Of a DNA stretch of 64,000 nt, positions 28,316 to 41,600 are shown one piece after another. The notes under the pieces are model-generated. The model ran no database searches. It worked only from the letters and a program-made list of their open reading frames with translations, and was not told the origin of the DNA. Every line of letters starts with the position of its first letter. The first letter of the stretch is position 1. Source of the DNA: Eledone cirrhosa (Eukaryota). The position numbers were made by a program, and so were the translations under genes. Location of the stretch: positions 1,178,001-1,242,000 of the forward strand of contig OZ024745.1 in NCBI GenBank assembly GCA_964016885.1, written 5' to 3'.

Positions 28316-28503
28316 TAATGGTTTCTATTTTTAGGCACAAGGCCAGCAATTACCCAGTACATTACTGGTACTTTATTTTATCGACCCCGTAAGGATGAAA
28401 GGCAAAGTTAACCTCGGCGGGATTTGAACTCAGATCATAAAGGGACGTAACTCTATGCTTCAAAGCATGGCGTCCGACCCTCTACCGATACTGCCAATCC
28501 ACT
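28316..28503 (-). mobile_element. tRNA-derived SINE
   Basis: Reverse complement of the 20047/52656 family (ggatttgaactc B-box, ggatgaaaggcaaagtt core). Confidence 0.8.
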
Positions 28504-28519
28504 TTTCTAGTTCTAGTTA

Positions 28520-28740
28520 ATAATGGTTTCTAATTTAGGCATAAGGCCAACAATTTTGTGGGAAGGGGAAAATCGATTCAATCAAACCCACCAGTACATT
28601 ACTGGTACTTTATTTTGTCAACCCCGTAGGGATGAAAGGCAAACCTTGGCAGGATTTGAATTCAGAACAGAAAGGGTCGTAATTATATGGCACAAAGCAT
28701 ATTGTTCGATGCTCTACCAATACTCCCAATCTACCACCTT
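28520..28740 (-). mobile_element. tRNA-derived SINE, tandem with the previous copy
   Basis: Same motifs; agttctagttaataatggtttcta repeated before each copy. Confidence 0.75.
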
Positions 28741-29671
28741 AATAATAGAAATATGAGACCCCACTGCCATCCACGTGGCTTTATATGGTATTTAGGAAAA
28801 GAGGAGCAATGATCATCCTGCAATTTTGTCTGACCAGATCTTTGTCATACTAATAAGGAATGAAGGCTTCTGGTGCAATGTCCTAGTGTAGTTAGTTTTG
28901 TACATATGGACGCATACTGCTGATGGAGCCATAGGGCTGCTGTAGTGATATATGGTGTTTCTTGGGCATTTTAAACCTGACAGAGTCGATACCTCTCCAG
29001 GTCTGAACACAGCCGATTTCTTCCAGAGAAATAGAGGGAGTGGTAAAGAGGAAGTGAGAAAAAGATATAGAGGAAAAATCGACCCTAGTATTAGACTGCT
29101 ACTTTTTTTTCTATTAACCTTGAAAGGATGAAGAAGAAAGTTGACCTCAATGGGATTTGAACTCAGAGCACAGAGAGCCAGAAGTAATAACAGCAAATAT
29201 TATATTTCAGCTTCTAACAACTCTGCCAATTCACTGTCTGTACTTAGCTCTTTGAACAGTCATGAAACAACATTGATAATCCGTTTATATGATTCAGTAG
29301 AAATAGTAGTAGCTAGTTTCTGTTACTGAGGCAAAAAAGATTGAGCTAGATGTGATTGTAGTCCATCATCATCATCATCATCATCTATTTTCCACTCTAG
29401 CATGGGTTATAGATGCAATTAGGTGTTACCTCTTTTGACATTAAAGGGCTTCTTTCCTCACTCAAAAGACTCTATATAGTATCTTATATTACCTGGCAGT
29501 AAGATATAAAATTGAATGTTAAGTAAGAGCAGAACCTGGAAATTAATTCCTGTATATACTCATGTAAAAATTGAATTTTTAACACTATTTTTTTTTTAGG
29601 TTAAATTCATGAGGTTGACTACTGTATGGATACTAGTTTCAAAGGGCTGAATTCCATACTGCTATCCAAAA

Positions 29672-30626
29672 TCTGTATATATATAAAATTAAGAATGTGT
29701 GGGTGTGTCTGTGTATTACCTATAGGAGCCTACATCTTACGACCAATTTTCATGAAACTTAACAGGCTCATAGATTAGTCATCGGGGAGTGTTTTCTATA
29801 TATCAGCGTATGGTTTTTTTTTATTCCGGGGTCATTCTGCAGATAAAAATCGATAGGGGGGGGGGGTCACCTTTTTTTAGGTATCGAAAAATAAGATTTT
29901 AGGCTCTAGCTCCCACATTTTGCCACAGATTTCGTTCAAATTTTAAAGCAAAATAGAATTTATTATTGCACATCCTGTAATGGCTTTATATTTTGTATTT
30001 GTTGTTCAGGGACGGCGTGGCAGCCGCTTAAATATTAAAAAATACCACTTTTAGACTCAAATTTTTAGACTCAAATTTTTGGCCCTACCTCCCACATTAA
30101 TCAATCTACTTTGTTCAAATTTTACACTACGCTAGATCTGATTATTTCACGTCTTAAAGTGGCTTTACATTTTGGACTTTTTGTTCAGGAACAGCGTGGC
30201 AGCCGCTTAAATATTCGAAAATACCACCTTTTCGCTCAAATTTCCACCTTTCGGCTCTAGCTCCCACATTTTTCAACCGATGTCTTTCAAATTCGAAACT
30301 TTGGCTCCACCTCACACATAAATCAATTTATTTGGTTCAACTTTTATACTACGATAGAACCTATCATTGCACATCTTATAGTAGCTTTACACTCAAGTAG
30401 CGTGAGGAAATTTGGCTTAGTGTTAGAGGTCATTACCTCCCTCCCCCAGCATGCCCCTTCGTCAGTCATCCGCATTTCTCAGTGATAGAGGTCATCACCA
30501 CCCTCCCCTGCATGGCCTGTGTGTGGCCATAGATGAGTCATCGAGAAGCAGTCGCGAAGATCAACACCTTTTCATCAAAGCAGATATTATTTTACCTACC
30601 CAGGCAACGCTGGGTACTGCTGCTAG
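29672..30626 (+). mobile_element. Non-autonomous Helitron
   Basis: A|TCTGTATATATATAAAA 5' end; subterminal hairpin acccag-gcaacg-ctgggt; CTAG|T 3' end; internal ~180-bp repeats. Confidence 0.8.
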
Positions 30627-30694
30627 TAAGATATAAATGAGCAGTAGACTAATGGACTCTAAATGAATAAACAGTAAATCCCTGAATTACAATA

Positions 30695-30860
30695 AGGGTT
30701 TCTAACATAGGCATAAGGCTAGAAATTCGGGGAGGAAGGGAAAGCCAATTATATCGACCCCATTACTTGACTGGTACTTTATTTTATCAGCTCGAGCCTA
30801 GAAGGATAGAAGGCAAAGTTGACCTTAGTGGGATTTGAACTCAGTATGTAAAGGACCATA
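30695..30860 (-). mobile_element. tRNA-derived SINE fragment
   Basis: aggcaaagttgacc..gggatttgaactcag motif. Confidence 0.65.
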
Positions 30861-31224
30861 AGCCCTGAATTACATACAAATATTACCAGTGTTTCTATGT
30901 ATCTGAGCACATCCCCAAACAAAACAGAAATAAGGCAGCATAGAAAAAGGAATTTCCTCATTACAACATTTTATGTTCAGGATAACACATTGGTTCAGTT
31001 GATTTATTGTACAGAACTATAGAGAGACTTGGAAAAATCTGAATTTCTTTTACCAAAAATAAAGGGTTGACTTTTACACACAATTACTTATGGGAGTTAA
31101 AATGATCTGTTGTATGTACAATGTTAACTGTTGTATAAGGAAGAGTGAGCTGAAGGCGAAGCTTTACATTAAAAGGTATAATAAAGTGTCTTGCTCACGG
31201 AAACAACACATCAATTCTCAGACT

Positions 31225-31497
31225 GGGTGATGTGTTGTTTCCTTGAGCAAGATACTTTATTTCACATTGCTCCAGTTTACTCAGCTGTAGAAATGAGATG
31301 ATAAGGACTGGGGTCCCTATCATCTCAAAGTGGTCGTGGAGGTGCCACGGCAAAAAAGCACCCAGCACTCACTGTAAATGAGGTTGGTGTTAGGAAGGGC
31401 ATCCAGCTGTAGAAATCAAGCCAGCATCAGTTCCCGTCCCACCCTTGCAAGCAGGGAAAAAGCAGACATAAAATGAAATGATGATGAAATGATGAAT
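31225..31497 (+). mobile_element. SINE with RTE-type tail
   Basis: ccttgagcaagatacttt..gtagaaatgag..ggtgttaggaagggcatccagctgtagaaa..(ATG)n; its 3' part is close to the 35716-35972 copy. Confidence 0.8.
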
Positions 31498-31952
31498 GAG
31501 CCTTCGGCTTAGAACAGACTAACTACCAGGATGACTCTCACAAGCAATTCAGCTACCTCTAATAGTCTGAGTGCCCCAAAATCAACAGAGCAATGGGCCT
31601 TGAGACTGGCCTTCTACCAAGTTTAGTGAATGTAAAATATTTTTGCTAAGCATAAAAATATGGCATCTACACTTGTACACATAAACACAGACACACACAT
31701 AAACACATATACACAGACAAACATGTGAATAGATGTTAAAGGTTAAGTGAAAGGGACCATGAATTAAATTTGTAAGTGGAACACCAACAACACAAAAAAA
31801 CAAAAGCTGTTAAAAAGGTGAATGAACTCCTCATAGTCAACAGCTTCCCACCCCAAGTATGGGTTAAATAGCCTCACCAACCCTCAATTGTCTGAGCGTG
31901 TTGAGTATGGCTACACCACTGAAGACATGACCAAAACCTAACAGAAAGTAGA

Positions 31953-32680
31953 GGAGGTCAACCGTGGGTGAGTTCCTCCAATAAGAGTGAGAAGGCCCTG
32001 GATTAGATGGAGGTCAACCAAGGAGGGGTTCCTCCAACAGGAGTGAGAAGGCCCTGGATTAGATGGAGGTCAACCAAGGAGGGGTTCCTCCAATAAGAGT
32101 GAGAAGGCCCTGGATTAGATGGAGGTCAACCAAGGAGGGGTTCCTCCAACAGGAGTGAGAAGGCCCTGGATTAGATGGAGGTCAACCAAGGAGGGGTTCC
32201 TCCAACAGGAGTGAGAAGATCCTGGATTAGATGGAGGTCAACCAAGGAGGGGTTCCTCCAACAGGAGTGAGAAGGCCCTGGATTAGATGGAGGTCAACCA
32301 AGGAGGGGTTCCTCCAACAGGAGTGAGAAGGCCCTGGATTAGATGGAGGTCAACCAAGGAGGGGTTCCTCCAACAGGAGTGAGAAGATCCTGGATTAGAT
32401 GGAGGTCAACCAGGGAGGGGTTCCTCCAACAGGAGTGAGAAGATCCTGGATTAGATGGAGGTCAACCAGGGAGGGGTTCCTCCAACAGGAGTGAGAAGGC
32501 CCTGGATTAGATGGAGGTCAACCAAGGAGGGGTTCCTCCAACAGGAGTGAGAAGGCCCTGGATTGGATGGAGGTCAACCAAGGAGGGGTTCCTCCAACAG
32601 GAGTGAGAAGGCCCTGGATTAGATGGAGGTCCACCAGGGAGGGGTTCCTCCAACAGGAGTGAGAAGGCCCTGGATTAGAT
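31953..32680. repeat. 56-bp minisatellite (~13 copies)
   Basis: Unit gagtgagaaggccctggattagatggaggtcaaccaaggaggggttcctccaacag; contains GGAGG-ggtt-CCTCC hairpin. Confidence 0.97.
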
Positions 32681-32886
32681 TGTATATACAGCAACATCTT
32701 AATGACAATAATATTTCTTACAGAGTCAAAAGATTACTTTACAGAGGGGATTAATTGATTAAATTGTGCTCTTAGTATATAGTTTATTGATCTCCGAGAA
32801 ATTAAAGTTAAAGTCTACCTGGAAAGGATTTGAACTTAGAACATGAGATTAAAATTCTAAATGTTATAATTTTTAATTGTTTACAG

Positions 32887-32934
32887 ATATGGTGATGAGT
32901 TCAGACACGAAACAAGGCTTGGCTTCTAAATTGG
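32887..32934 (+). CDS. Candidate 48-nt symmetric (phase 1) exon, DMVMSSDTKQGLASKL
   Basis: ttgtttacag acceptor; weak donor TGG|gttatt; phase-compatible with the 19662-19716 exon. Confidence 0.4.
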
Positions 32935-33198
32935 GTTATTATTAAATATTATTAATTTATTAAATATTATTTATCAAACTTAACTTTCTCAAGCTAGCAA
33001 TACAGTAACTTATAAATTAATCTACAATAACCAACTAATTTCCCTATATCTGAATTAGAACTCCCATGTAAAAACAGCTTTATTATCAACCAAACACTTA
33101 CCATCCCCTAATTAAGTCATTCTCTCTCACAACATTTATCACCTCTAGCCCAGAACACCACTTTTATGATCTTCTTATCTCTCTTTTCTTCTGAGTCT

Positions 33199-33229
33199 CC
33201 TCCACCTCCTCCTCCTCCACCACCTCCTT

Positions 33230-33291
<62 letters not shown>

Positions 33292-33325
33292 ACTACTACT
33301 ACCACCAAAAACGGTGCTGCAACTA

Positions 33326-33366
<41 letters not shown>

Positions 33367-33368
33367 AT
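33199..33368. repeat. Compound trinucleotide microsatellite (CCT)n/(ACT)n/(GCT)n
   Basis: Direct inspection. Confidence 0.97.
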
Positions 33369-33416
33369 ATAGTAACTGATTGTTTGGAGTGTACTTTAAC
33401 ATTCATTGCCTGTTAC

Positions 33417-34026
33417 ATCTCTCTCTCTCTACATCTCCATCTCTCCCTCCATCTCTCTCACCATCTATCTCTCCATCTATCTCTCTATCTCTCTCTCCGT
33501 CCATCTCTCCGTCTCTCTCTCCATCTATCTCTCTCTCTCTCCATCTCTCTCTGCATCTCTCTCTCCATCTCTCTCTCTCCGTCTCTCTCCATCTCTCTCT
33601 CCGTCCATCTCTCCGTCTCTCTCTCCATCTCTCTCTCCATCTATCTCTCTCTCTCTCCATCTCTCTCTGCATCTCTCTCTCCATCTCTCTCTCTCCGTCT
33701 CTCTCCATCTCTCTCTCCATCCATCTCTCCGTCTCTCTCTCCATCTCTCTCTCCATCTATCTCTCTCTCTCTCCGTCCATCTTTCCATCTATCTCTCTCT
33801 CCATCCATCTCTCCGTCCATCTCTCCATCTATCTCTCTCCATCTATCTCTCTCCATCTATCTCTCTCCATCTCTCCATCTATCTCTCTCCATCTCTCCAT
33901 CTATCTCTCCATCTATCTCCCCGTCTATCTCTCCATCTCTCCGTCTATCTCTCCATCTCTCTCTCCATCTATCTCTCCATCTCTCTTTCCATCTCTCTCT
34001 CCATCTATCTCTCTCCATCTATCTCG
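33417..34026. repeat. Pyrimidine-rich (CT)n/(CATCT)n/(CTAT)n compound microsatellite
   Basis: Direct inspection; abuts the 5' end of the Tx1-type LINE. Confidence 0.97.
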
Positions 34027-34584
34027 CATAGTATAGACACGTACAACATCGGCACCTGCCTTTTTGAATTTTTACCTATTGACAGTGTTTGTTTCTTTAT
34101 TGTGTTGTCTTCGTGTATTTTGATCACCCGGCTAGGTCTCTAGACGAGTGGTCATCGTATTTTTACCCCTTTTGGGGGTAAACACTACTCCTAAAAATTT
34201 TTTGCTGACTCACATGTCAAAAATTGACACCATGTCTGTAGCATGTGTGAACGAAAACACCACGCTCACTAAGGAAGAAGAGAGAAAGAAGTAAGCGGTA
34301 AAAAGTCCCAATGAACTTATCTAAAACATTGAAAATAAATTTTACGGAGGACGTGGACCCCCCCCTGCACCAAGCCAATCAACAGCATCCTCCTAAAAAA
34401 TTTCCCCACCCTCTACCCAGACACCCACTCAACTACAAACACCCCAACCCCACAACACACTGATGCCCCGAAACTTCCACAAATCACCACCCCACCCAAC
34501 AACCCATCCCCCACCCTCATGGAAATTGAGCAGCCCGCTCTCCAGGACGCAGAGAGGTAAGGGCCTTTTCTCCTTACCACCAAC

Positions 34585-37500
34585 ATGGCTGTATTGAGAG
34601 TAGGGTTTCTAAATGCGCGTGGCCTGGGCTCACTTTGGAAGCAAGCAATGATTCTAAATTACCTCAGGTCACGATCTATAAATGTGATGGTTATCTGCGA
34701 GGCCCGGATCAGCAGCGTGCGACAGCTGGCCCCCACCTTTGATGACTTTGAGATGCACGCATGTCTCTGTCAGGCCGGAGGTGGGGGTGGGGTTGTCGTT
34801 CTGCTGCAAAAGCATCTGGGTCTCGCCACACAGATAGTTCACTTGGACCCAAGGAGTCGACTGGTGGTGCTGGACCTTGGCAGTGGTGAAGGTGGAACCT
34901 TTAGGCTGGTAGCCGCATATGCCCCATTTGGGACAAAGCGGCCCGACTTTTTTCAACATCTGGAGTCTTTTCTAGGGACGTCCCGTTCCCTGCTTTTAGT
35001 GGGGGATTGGAATGGTATCCTGGATGCACGTTGGGACTATGCAGGGGCATGTCCCAATAGAAAGGGGTGTAACAGCCTCAAGGAGTTACTCGGTCGATTT
35101 GACCTGGCCGATAGATTTCGACTAGATTTTCCGACTGTGCCAACCTGGTCTTGGACAAACCGCAGCAGTCAATCGAGATCGTACCTAGATAGGTTCTTAG
35201 TTAGAAATAAGGACAGGGACTTTTTAAGTTGTCCAGAAATGCTCATGGTTGGCTATTCAGACCACAAGTTAGTGCCCTGCATGGTCAACCTTGATAGAAC
35301 GCATAGACAGGGTCCCGGTTACTGGAAGCTGAACTTGTCCTTACCAGCAAGTAAAGCTTACAGGGATTGGATTAGTACGTTAGTTAAGGAGCGATTGACT
35401 GGAGCGATCGTCAACAGCAGGTGATGGGTATCTCTAAAGAGAGAGATTAGATTAGTCTCGATAGAATTTAGTAAGGTTTTAGCTGCGGATAGGAATAGGA
35501 AGGAAAGGGAGCTGATAGAGTAGAAGAGGCAATTAGAAGCGGCGACGTGGCCAGAGTGCTAGCATCGAGAACGGATTTGAGCCAGTTTTTCGACGCGAAG
35601 CACAAAGGCTGCATTGTCCGAAGTAAAATACGTGCTCTAGGAAATGAGGGGACCAAAGCTGTTAGCTGGGCCCGCGTGACAGAAGCCAAGAGTAGAATTT
35701 AATCCACCATCCGGTAGAAATGAGATGATAGGGACTGGGGTCCATATCATTCCACTGTAGAGTGGTCGTGGAGGTGCCACGGCAAAAAAGCACCCAGCCC
35801 ACACTGTAAAGTGGACATGTAGGCGCCACGGAAAAAAAGCACCCAGCACTCACTGTAAATGAGGTTGGTGTTAGGAAGGGCATCCAGCTGTAGAAATCAA
35901 GCCAGAATCAGTTTCCGTCCCACCCTAGCAAGCAGGGAAAAGCGGACGTAAAATGAAATGATGATGATGATGATCCGGTCTTTGCGAGACCCAGATGGAC
36001 GGGCGATCCTTGAACCTAAGCAGATGTGTGAGGCCTTTCAAAGGCACTTTGACCGATTGTTCGGAAGGGGTGGGGAGCCGGTTGGGGAAGTGGACTTTGG
36101 TCCATACCTTGACGGACTGCCGCGTCTTTCGGACAAAGAGGCGAAGTCCTGCGAGGAGCCGATTTCAGCCTCTGAGATAAAGGACGTGCTGAGCCAATGC
36201 GGCAAACGCAAATCCCCGGGTCTCGATGGTCTTCCATACAAACTTTATCTAGCTATGCCGGACTTGTTCCCCGATCTCCTCGAGGCGGTCTACTGCAACT
36301 GGGAACAGAACGGGAGAATTCCCTGTTCTGTGATCAAGGGCGTAGTCACGCTAGTGAGGAAGGACGAGAACAAGGAGGACGAAATAAGTAACTTCAGGCC
36401 CATAACTCTGCTAAATACAGAGCTACAGATTTTGGCCAAGGTGTTAGCAAAGAGGTTGGCGCTTGTCATGGGCAACCTGGTGGGAGATGCGCAGACATGT
36501 ACTATCCACGACAACCTCCACCTCATGCGATACATCATAGAGAGGGTTGGGAACGAACCCGGCTTTGGTGGGGCCCTGATCAACTTGGATCAATCTAAGG
36601 CATTCGATAGGGTCGACCATGGTTACCTGGATGCGGTGCTAGCGGCGGCAGGCTTCGGACCCGTTTTCAGGGGCTGGATCACTGCTATGCACAACAGCTG
36701 CATCTGCTCTAGAGTCAAGGTGAACAGCTACCTCTCGGAGCCGTTTGAAATCGCGCGGTCCATCCGACAAGGGTGCGCTCTCTCTCCTCCCTTCTGTATG
36801 TATTGACTCTCGAGCCACTACTGCGGAAGTTGGAGTTGTTGCAGGGCATCCGGTGTTGGCCTACGCCGATGACGTAACAGTAATGGTGTCGACGGCCTCC
36901 GAAATCGGGGCGATCGGCACCTTACTGGAGGAGTACGAAAGGTTTACAGGGGCTAAGCTGAACCGGGACAAGTCGATCGGTTTGCAACTCGGCACGTGGC
37001 GGGGAAAACCGATGCCCTCCGATGGATCGTCAGACGCTGGACGGAGGGCCCGGTGAAGTTGCTCGGTGTCTGGTTGAACCAGACCTCCAGGTGGAGAAGA
37101 ACTGGGGTGAGGTTACGAACGATGTTTGCACTGACCCAGAAGTGGGCCAGTTGCAAACTATCCCTGAAAGGTCGGGCAGAGGTGGCGAACACCTATATAG
37201 CGTCCGTCATCTACTACCGCCTGACCGTCGTGCCTTGCCCAAGGGAAACCCTCGCCAAGATGGAGCGCGCGCTCTTCCAATTCCTTTGGAAGAAGCGGGC
37301 TCCTTTGGTGAGGAGATCCATCTGCTGTCAACACCCTTCGAAAGGAGGGCTGGGGATGCCGTAGCTAATGATGCGTAAACACACATTAAGGCTACGGCAC
37401 CTCCGCGTATTCCTCACCGGTCAACCGGTGTGGGCCCCGTTTGTGAGACAAACCTTTCCCAAACTCGTCTCACTCACCGAGCTGCAATCCTGGGTCAAGC

Positions 37501-38240
37501 AAAGACTGAGAAAACTGGGCACCTGGCACACTGAGTGTGCCCAGGCGCCCACGGCCCTCTGACAGGCGGACCCGGTTATCAGTGGCGACTCCACCTCGAC
37601 ATTCTATAGAGGGCTGGTACGCAGCAGGTGCGACGATGCCCTCGGAGAAGCCCTATACATGGAGGAAGACGAACTGGCCAGCCTGTTAGGTAGGACATTC
37701 AGCCCGAGACCTATGGACAACTTCCAGAAGTCCCTGGCCTGGCAGTGCTACCGAGGAGCTCTACCCGTTCGAGAAAAGCTCTACAGACACGGGCGCCCGG
37801 GTAGGGACCCTGCCAAAAAGATCTGTCCCAGATGCGTGTGCGACGAGGAAACCGTTGCACACGCATTGGTACACTGCTCGGGCGTAGCCGATCTGTGGGG
37901 CTATGTCGAACGACTGCTGTCATGGGTGGGACCGATCCGGTTGACCACCGAAGTCATTGTAACGATTAAGCCACCTCCCCCCTTCAAAAATGAAGGAGAG
38001 GCGGTGTTTCTGTGCGTAATAGCCCTGGTGAAAGAGGTTGTATGGTGGACGCGTCTGAAAGGACTGAAGTCAGACACCTTTCTCTCTGGCCAACAACTGG
38101 TCCGTTTCTTCCGATATCATTTCGGAAGAAGGATCAGGATGGAGAGAGAGGTGCTCCACCCCAGTCGTTTTTATGAAAGGTGGGTGAAAGTGGCGAGAAT
38201 GGCCCGTGTGAATGGGCCTTCTCTCTACATCAGCCTGTAG
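34585..38240 (+). pseudogene. Disrupted LINE ORF2 (APE endonuclease - reverse transcriptase - CCHC zinc knuckle)
   Basis: LNARGL, GDWNG, SYLDRF, SDHK (APE); KSPGLDG, FRPITLLN, DQSKAFDRV, RQGCALS, YADD (RT); CPRC..EETVAHALVHC; several stops and frameshifts plus a SINE insertion. Confidence 0.93.
35716..35972 (+). mobile_element. SINE inserted in LINE ORF2 with 7-bp TSD ATCCGGT
   Basis: atccggt at 35709-35715 and 35973-35979; (ATG)n tail. Confidence 0.9.
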
Positions 38241-38615
38241 GGGGAAAAGATGAAGGGAGCACCCCCTCTCTGCGCTCCTGAGGAGAACGGCTGCACACTT
38301 TTTTCGGGAGGGTGTGCGACCTCCCAAAACGCCTCCTCCCTATTGAGGACTTTATTATTAATTTTATATTTGTTATTTGTTTTATATTTGTTATTTGTTT
38401 TCTTTACTTGCCTTTTTGTGTAAACCGCCCCCCCCTGTATTTGTCCCCTTCTTTTGCGCCCTCGTGGCAATAAATAGAAATATATCTCTCCAGCTGTTCT
38501 TGTGATATCTAGTCAGAGGTTTCTCTAAAGATATTTTCAGTAGAAATCAGCAACTTATTCTTGATCAGTGTATCACAGAGAAACCAATGTGAAGCTTCTT
38601 GGTAATGCTTGACAT

Positions 38616-41600
38616 ACTTAGCACTGATTGACACACTCCACTTAGCACTGATTGACACACTCCACTTAGCACTGATTGACACACTCCACTTAGCACTGAT
38701 TGACACACTCCACTTAGCACTGATTGACACACTCCACTTAGCACTGATTGACACACTCCACTTAGCACTGATTGACACACTCCACTTAGCACTGATTGAC
38801 ACACTCCACTTAGCACTGATTGACACACTCCACTTAGCACTGATTGACACACTCCACTTAGCACTGATTGACACACTCCACTTAGCACTGATTGACACAC
38901 TCCACTTAGCACTGATTGACACACTCCACTTAGCACTGATTGACACACTCCACTTAGCACTGATTGACACACTCAACTTAGCACTGATTGACACACTCCA
39001 CTTAGCACTGATTGACAGCCTCCACTTAGCACTGATTGACACACTCCACTTAGCACTGATTGACACACCCCACTTAGCACTGATTGACACACTCAACTTA
39101 GCACTGATTGACACACTCAACTTAGCACTGATTGACACACTCCACTTAGCACTGATTGACACACTCAACTTAGCACTGATTGACACACTCAACTTAGCAC
39201 TGATTGACACACCCCATTCAGCACTGATTGACACACTCCACTTAGCACTGATTGACACACCCCACTCAGCACTGACTGACACACTCCACATGGCAGTAAT
39301 TGACACACCCCATTCAGCACTGATTGACACACTCCACTTAACACCGATTGACACACTCAACTTAGCACCGATTGACACACTCCACTTAGCAATGATTGAC
39401 ACACCCCACTCAGCACTGATTGACACACTCCACTTAGCACTGATTGACACACCCCACTCAACTCAGCACTGATTGACACACTCCACTTGGCACTAATTGA
39501 CACACCCCATTCAGCACTGATTGACACACTCCACTTAACGCCGATTGACACACTCAACTTAGCACCGATTGACACACCCCACCCAGCACTGATTGACACA
39601 CCCCACTCAACTCAGCACTGATTGACACACTCCACTTAACACCAATTGACACACTCCACTTAGCACCGATTGACACACTCAACTTAGCACCGATTGACAC
39701 ACTCAACTTAGCACCGATTGACACACTCCACTTCACACTGATTGACACACTCCACTCAACACTAACTGACACACTCCACTTAGCACCAATTGACACACTC
39801 TACTCAGCACTGACTGACACACTCCACTTAGCACTGATTGATGTACTCCACTTAGCACCAATTGACACACTCCACTTAGCACTGATTGACAAACTCCACT
39901 TAGCACTGATTGACAACACACTCCACTTAGCACCGATCGACACGCCCCACTTAGCACTGATTGACAGACTCCACTCAGCACTAACTGACAGACTCCACTC
40001 GGCACTAACTGACACTTTACACTTAGCACCGATTGACACACTCCACTTAGCACCGATTGACACACTCCACTTAGCACCGATTGACACACCCCACTTAGCA
40101 CTGATTGACACACTCAACTTAGCACTGATTGACACACTCAACTTAGCACTGATTGACACACTCCACTTAGCACCGATTGACACACTCAACTTAGCACCGA
40201 TTGACACACTCCACTTAGCAATGATTGACACACCCCACTCAGCACTGATTGACACACTCCACTTAGCACTGATTGACACACTCCACTTAGCACTGATTGA
40301 CAGCCTCCACTTAGCACTGATTGACACACTCCACTTAGCACTGATTGACACACCCCACTTAGCACTGATTGACACACTCAACTTAGCACTGATTGACACA
40401 CTCAACTTAGCACTGATTGACACACTCCACTTAGCACTGATTGACACACTCAACTTAGCACTGATTGACACACTCAACTTAGCACTGATTGACACACCCC
40501 ATTCAGCACTGATTGACACACTCCACTTAGCACTGATTGACACACCCCACTCAGCACTGACTGACACACTCCACATGGCAGTAATTGACACACCCCATTC
40601 AGCACTGATTGACACACTCCACTTAACACCGATTGACACACTCAACTTAGCACCGATTGACACACTCCACTTAGCAATGATTGACACACCCCACTCAGCA
40701 CTGATTGACACACTCCACTTAGCACTGATTGACACACCCCACTCAACTCAGCACTGATTGACACACTCCACTTGGCACTAATTGACACACCCCATTCAGC
40801 ACTGATTGACACACTCCACTTAACGCCGATTGACACACTCAACTTAGCACCGATTGACACACCCCACCCAGCACTGATTGACACACCCCACTCAACTCAG
40901 CACTGATTGACACACTCCACTTAACACCAATTGACACACTCCACTTAGCACCGATTGACACACTCAACTTAGCACCGATTGACACACTCAACTTAGCACC
41001 GATTGACACACTCCACTTCACACTGATTGACACACTCCACTCAACACTAACTGACACACTCCACTTAGCACCAATTGACACACTCTACTCAGCACTGACT
41101 GACACACTCCACTTAGCACTGATTGATGTACTCCACTTAGCACCAATTGACACACTCCACTTAGCACTGATTGACAAACTCCACTTAGCACTGATTGACA
41201 ACACACTCCACTTAGCACCGATCGACACGCCCCACTTAGCACTGATTGACAGACTCCACTCAGCACTAACTGACAGACTCCACTCGGCACTAACTGACAC
41301 TTTACACTTAGCACCGATTGACACACTCCACTTAGCACCGATTGACACACTCCACTTAGCACCGATTGACACACCCCACTTAGCACTGATTGACACACTC
41401 AACTTAGCACTGATTGACACACTCAACTTAGCACTGATTGACACACTCCACTTAGCACCGATTGACACACTCAACTTAGCACCGATTGACACACTCCACT
41501 TAGCAATGATTGACACACCCCACTCAGCACTGATTGACACACTCCACTTAGCACTGATTGACACACTCCACTTAGCACTGATTGACACACCCCACTTAGC

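Larger units (their letters stand above)
34030..38482 (+). mobile_element. Tx1/L1-type non-LTR retrotransposon, near full length but degenerate (ORF1 appears mostly deleted)
   Basis: 5' UTR and short ORF1-like remnant at ~34210-34560; ORF2 with APE endonuclease, RT and zinc knuckle; 3' UTR ending ggcaataaatagaaata; flanked by TC-rich sequence. Confidence 0.9.

Noticed and set aside
31953-32680. CRISPR-like array (repeat with internal hairpin); also considered for the 32-, 31- and 49-bp arrays
   Set aside because: Units are contiguous with no unique spacers, there are no cas genes, and the context is eukaryotic.
33117-34143. Poly-Ser/Thr/Ala and SLSPS/ERW-rich ORFs
   Set aside because: Microsatellite translations.
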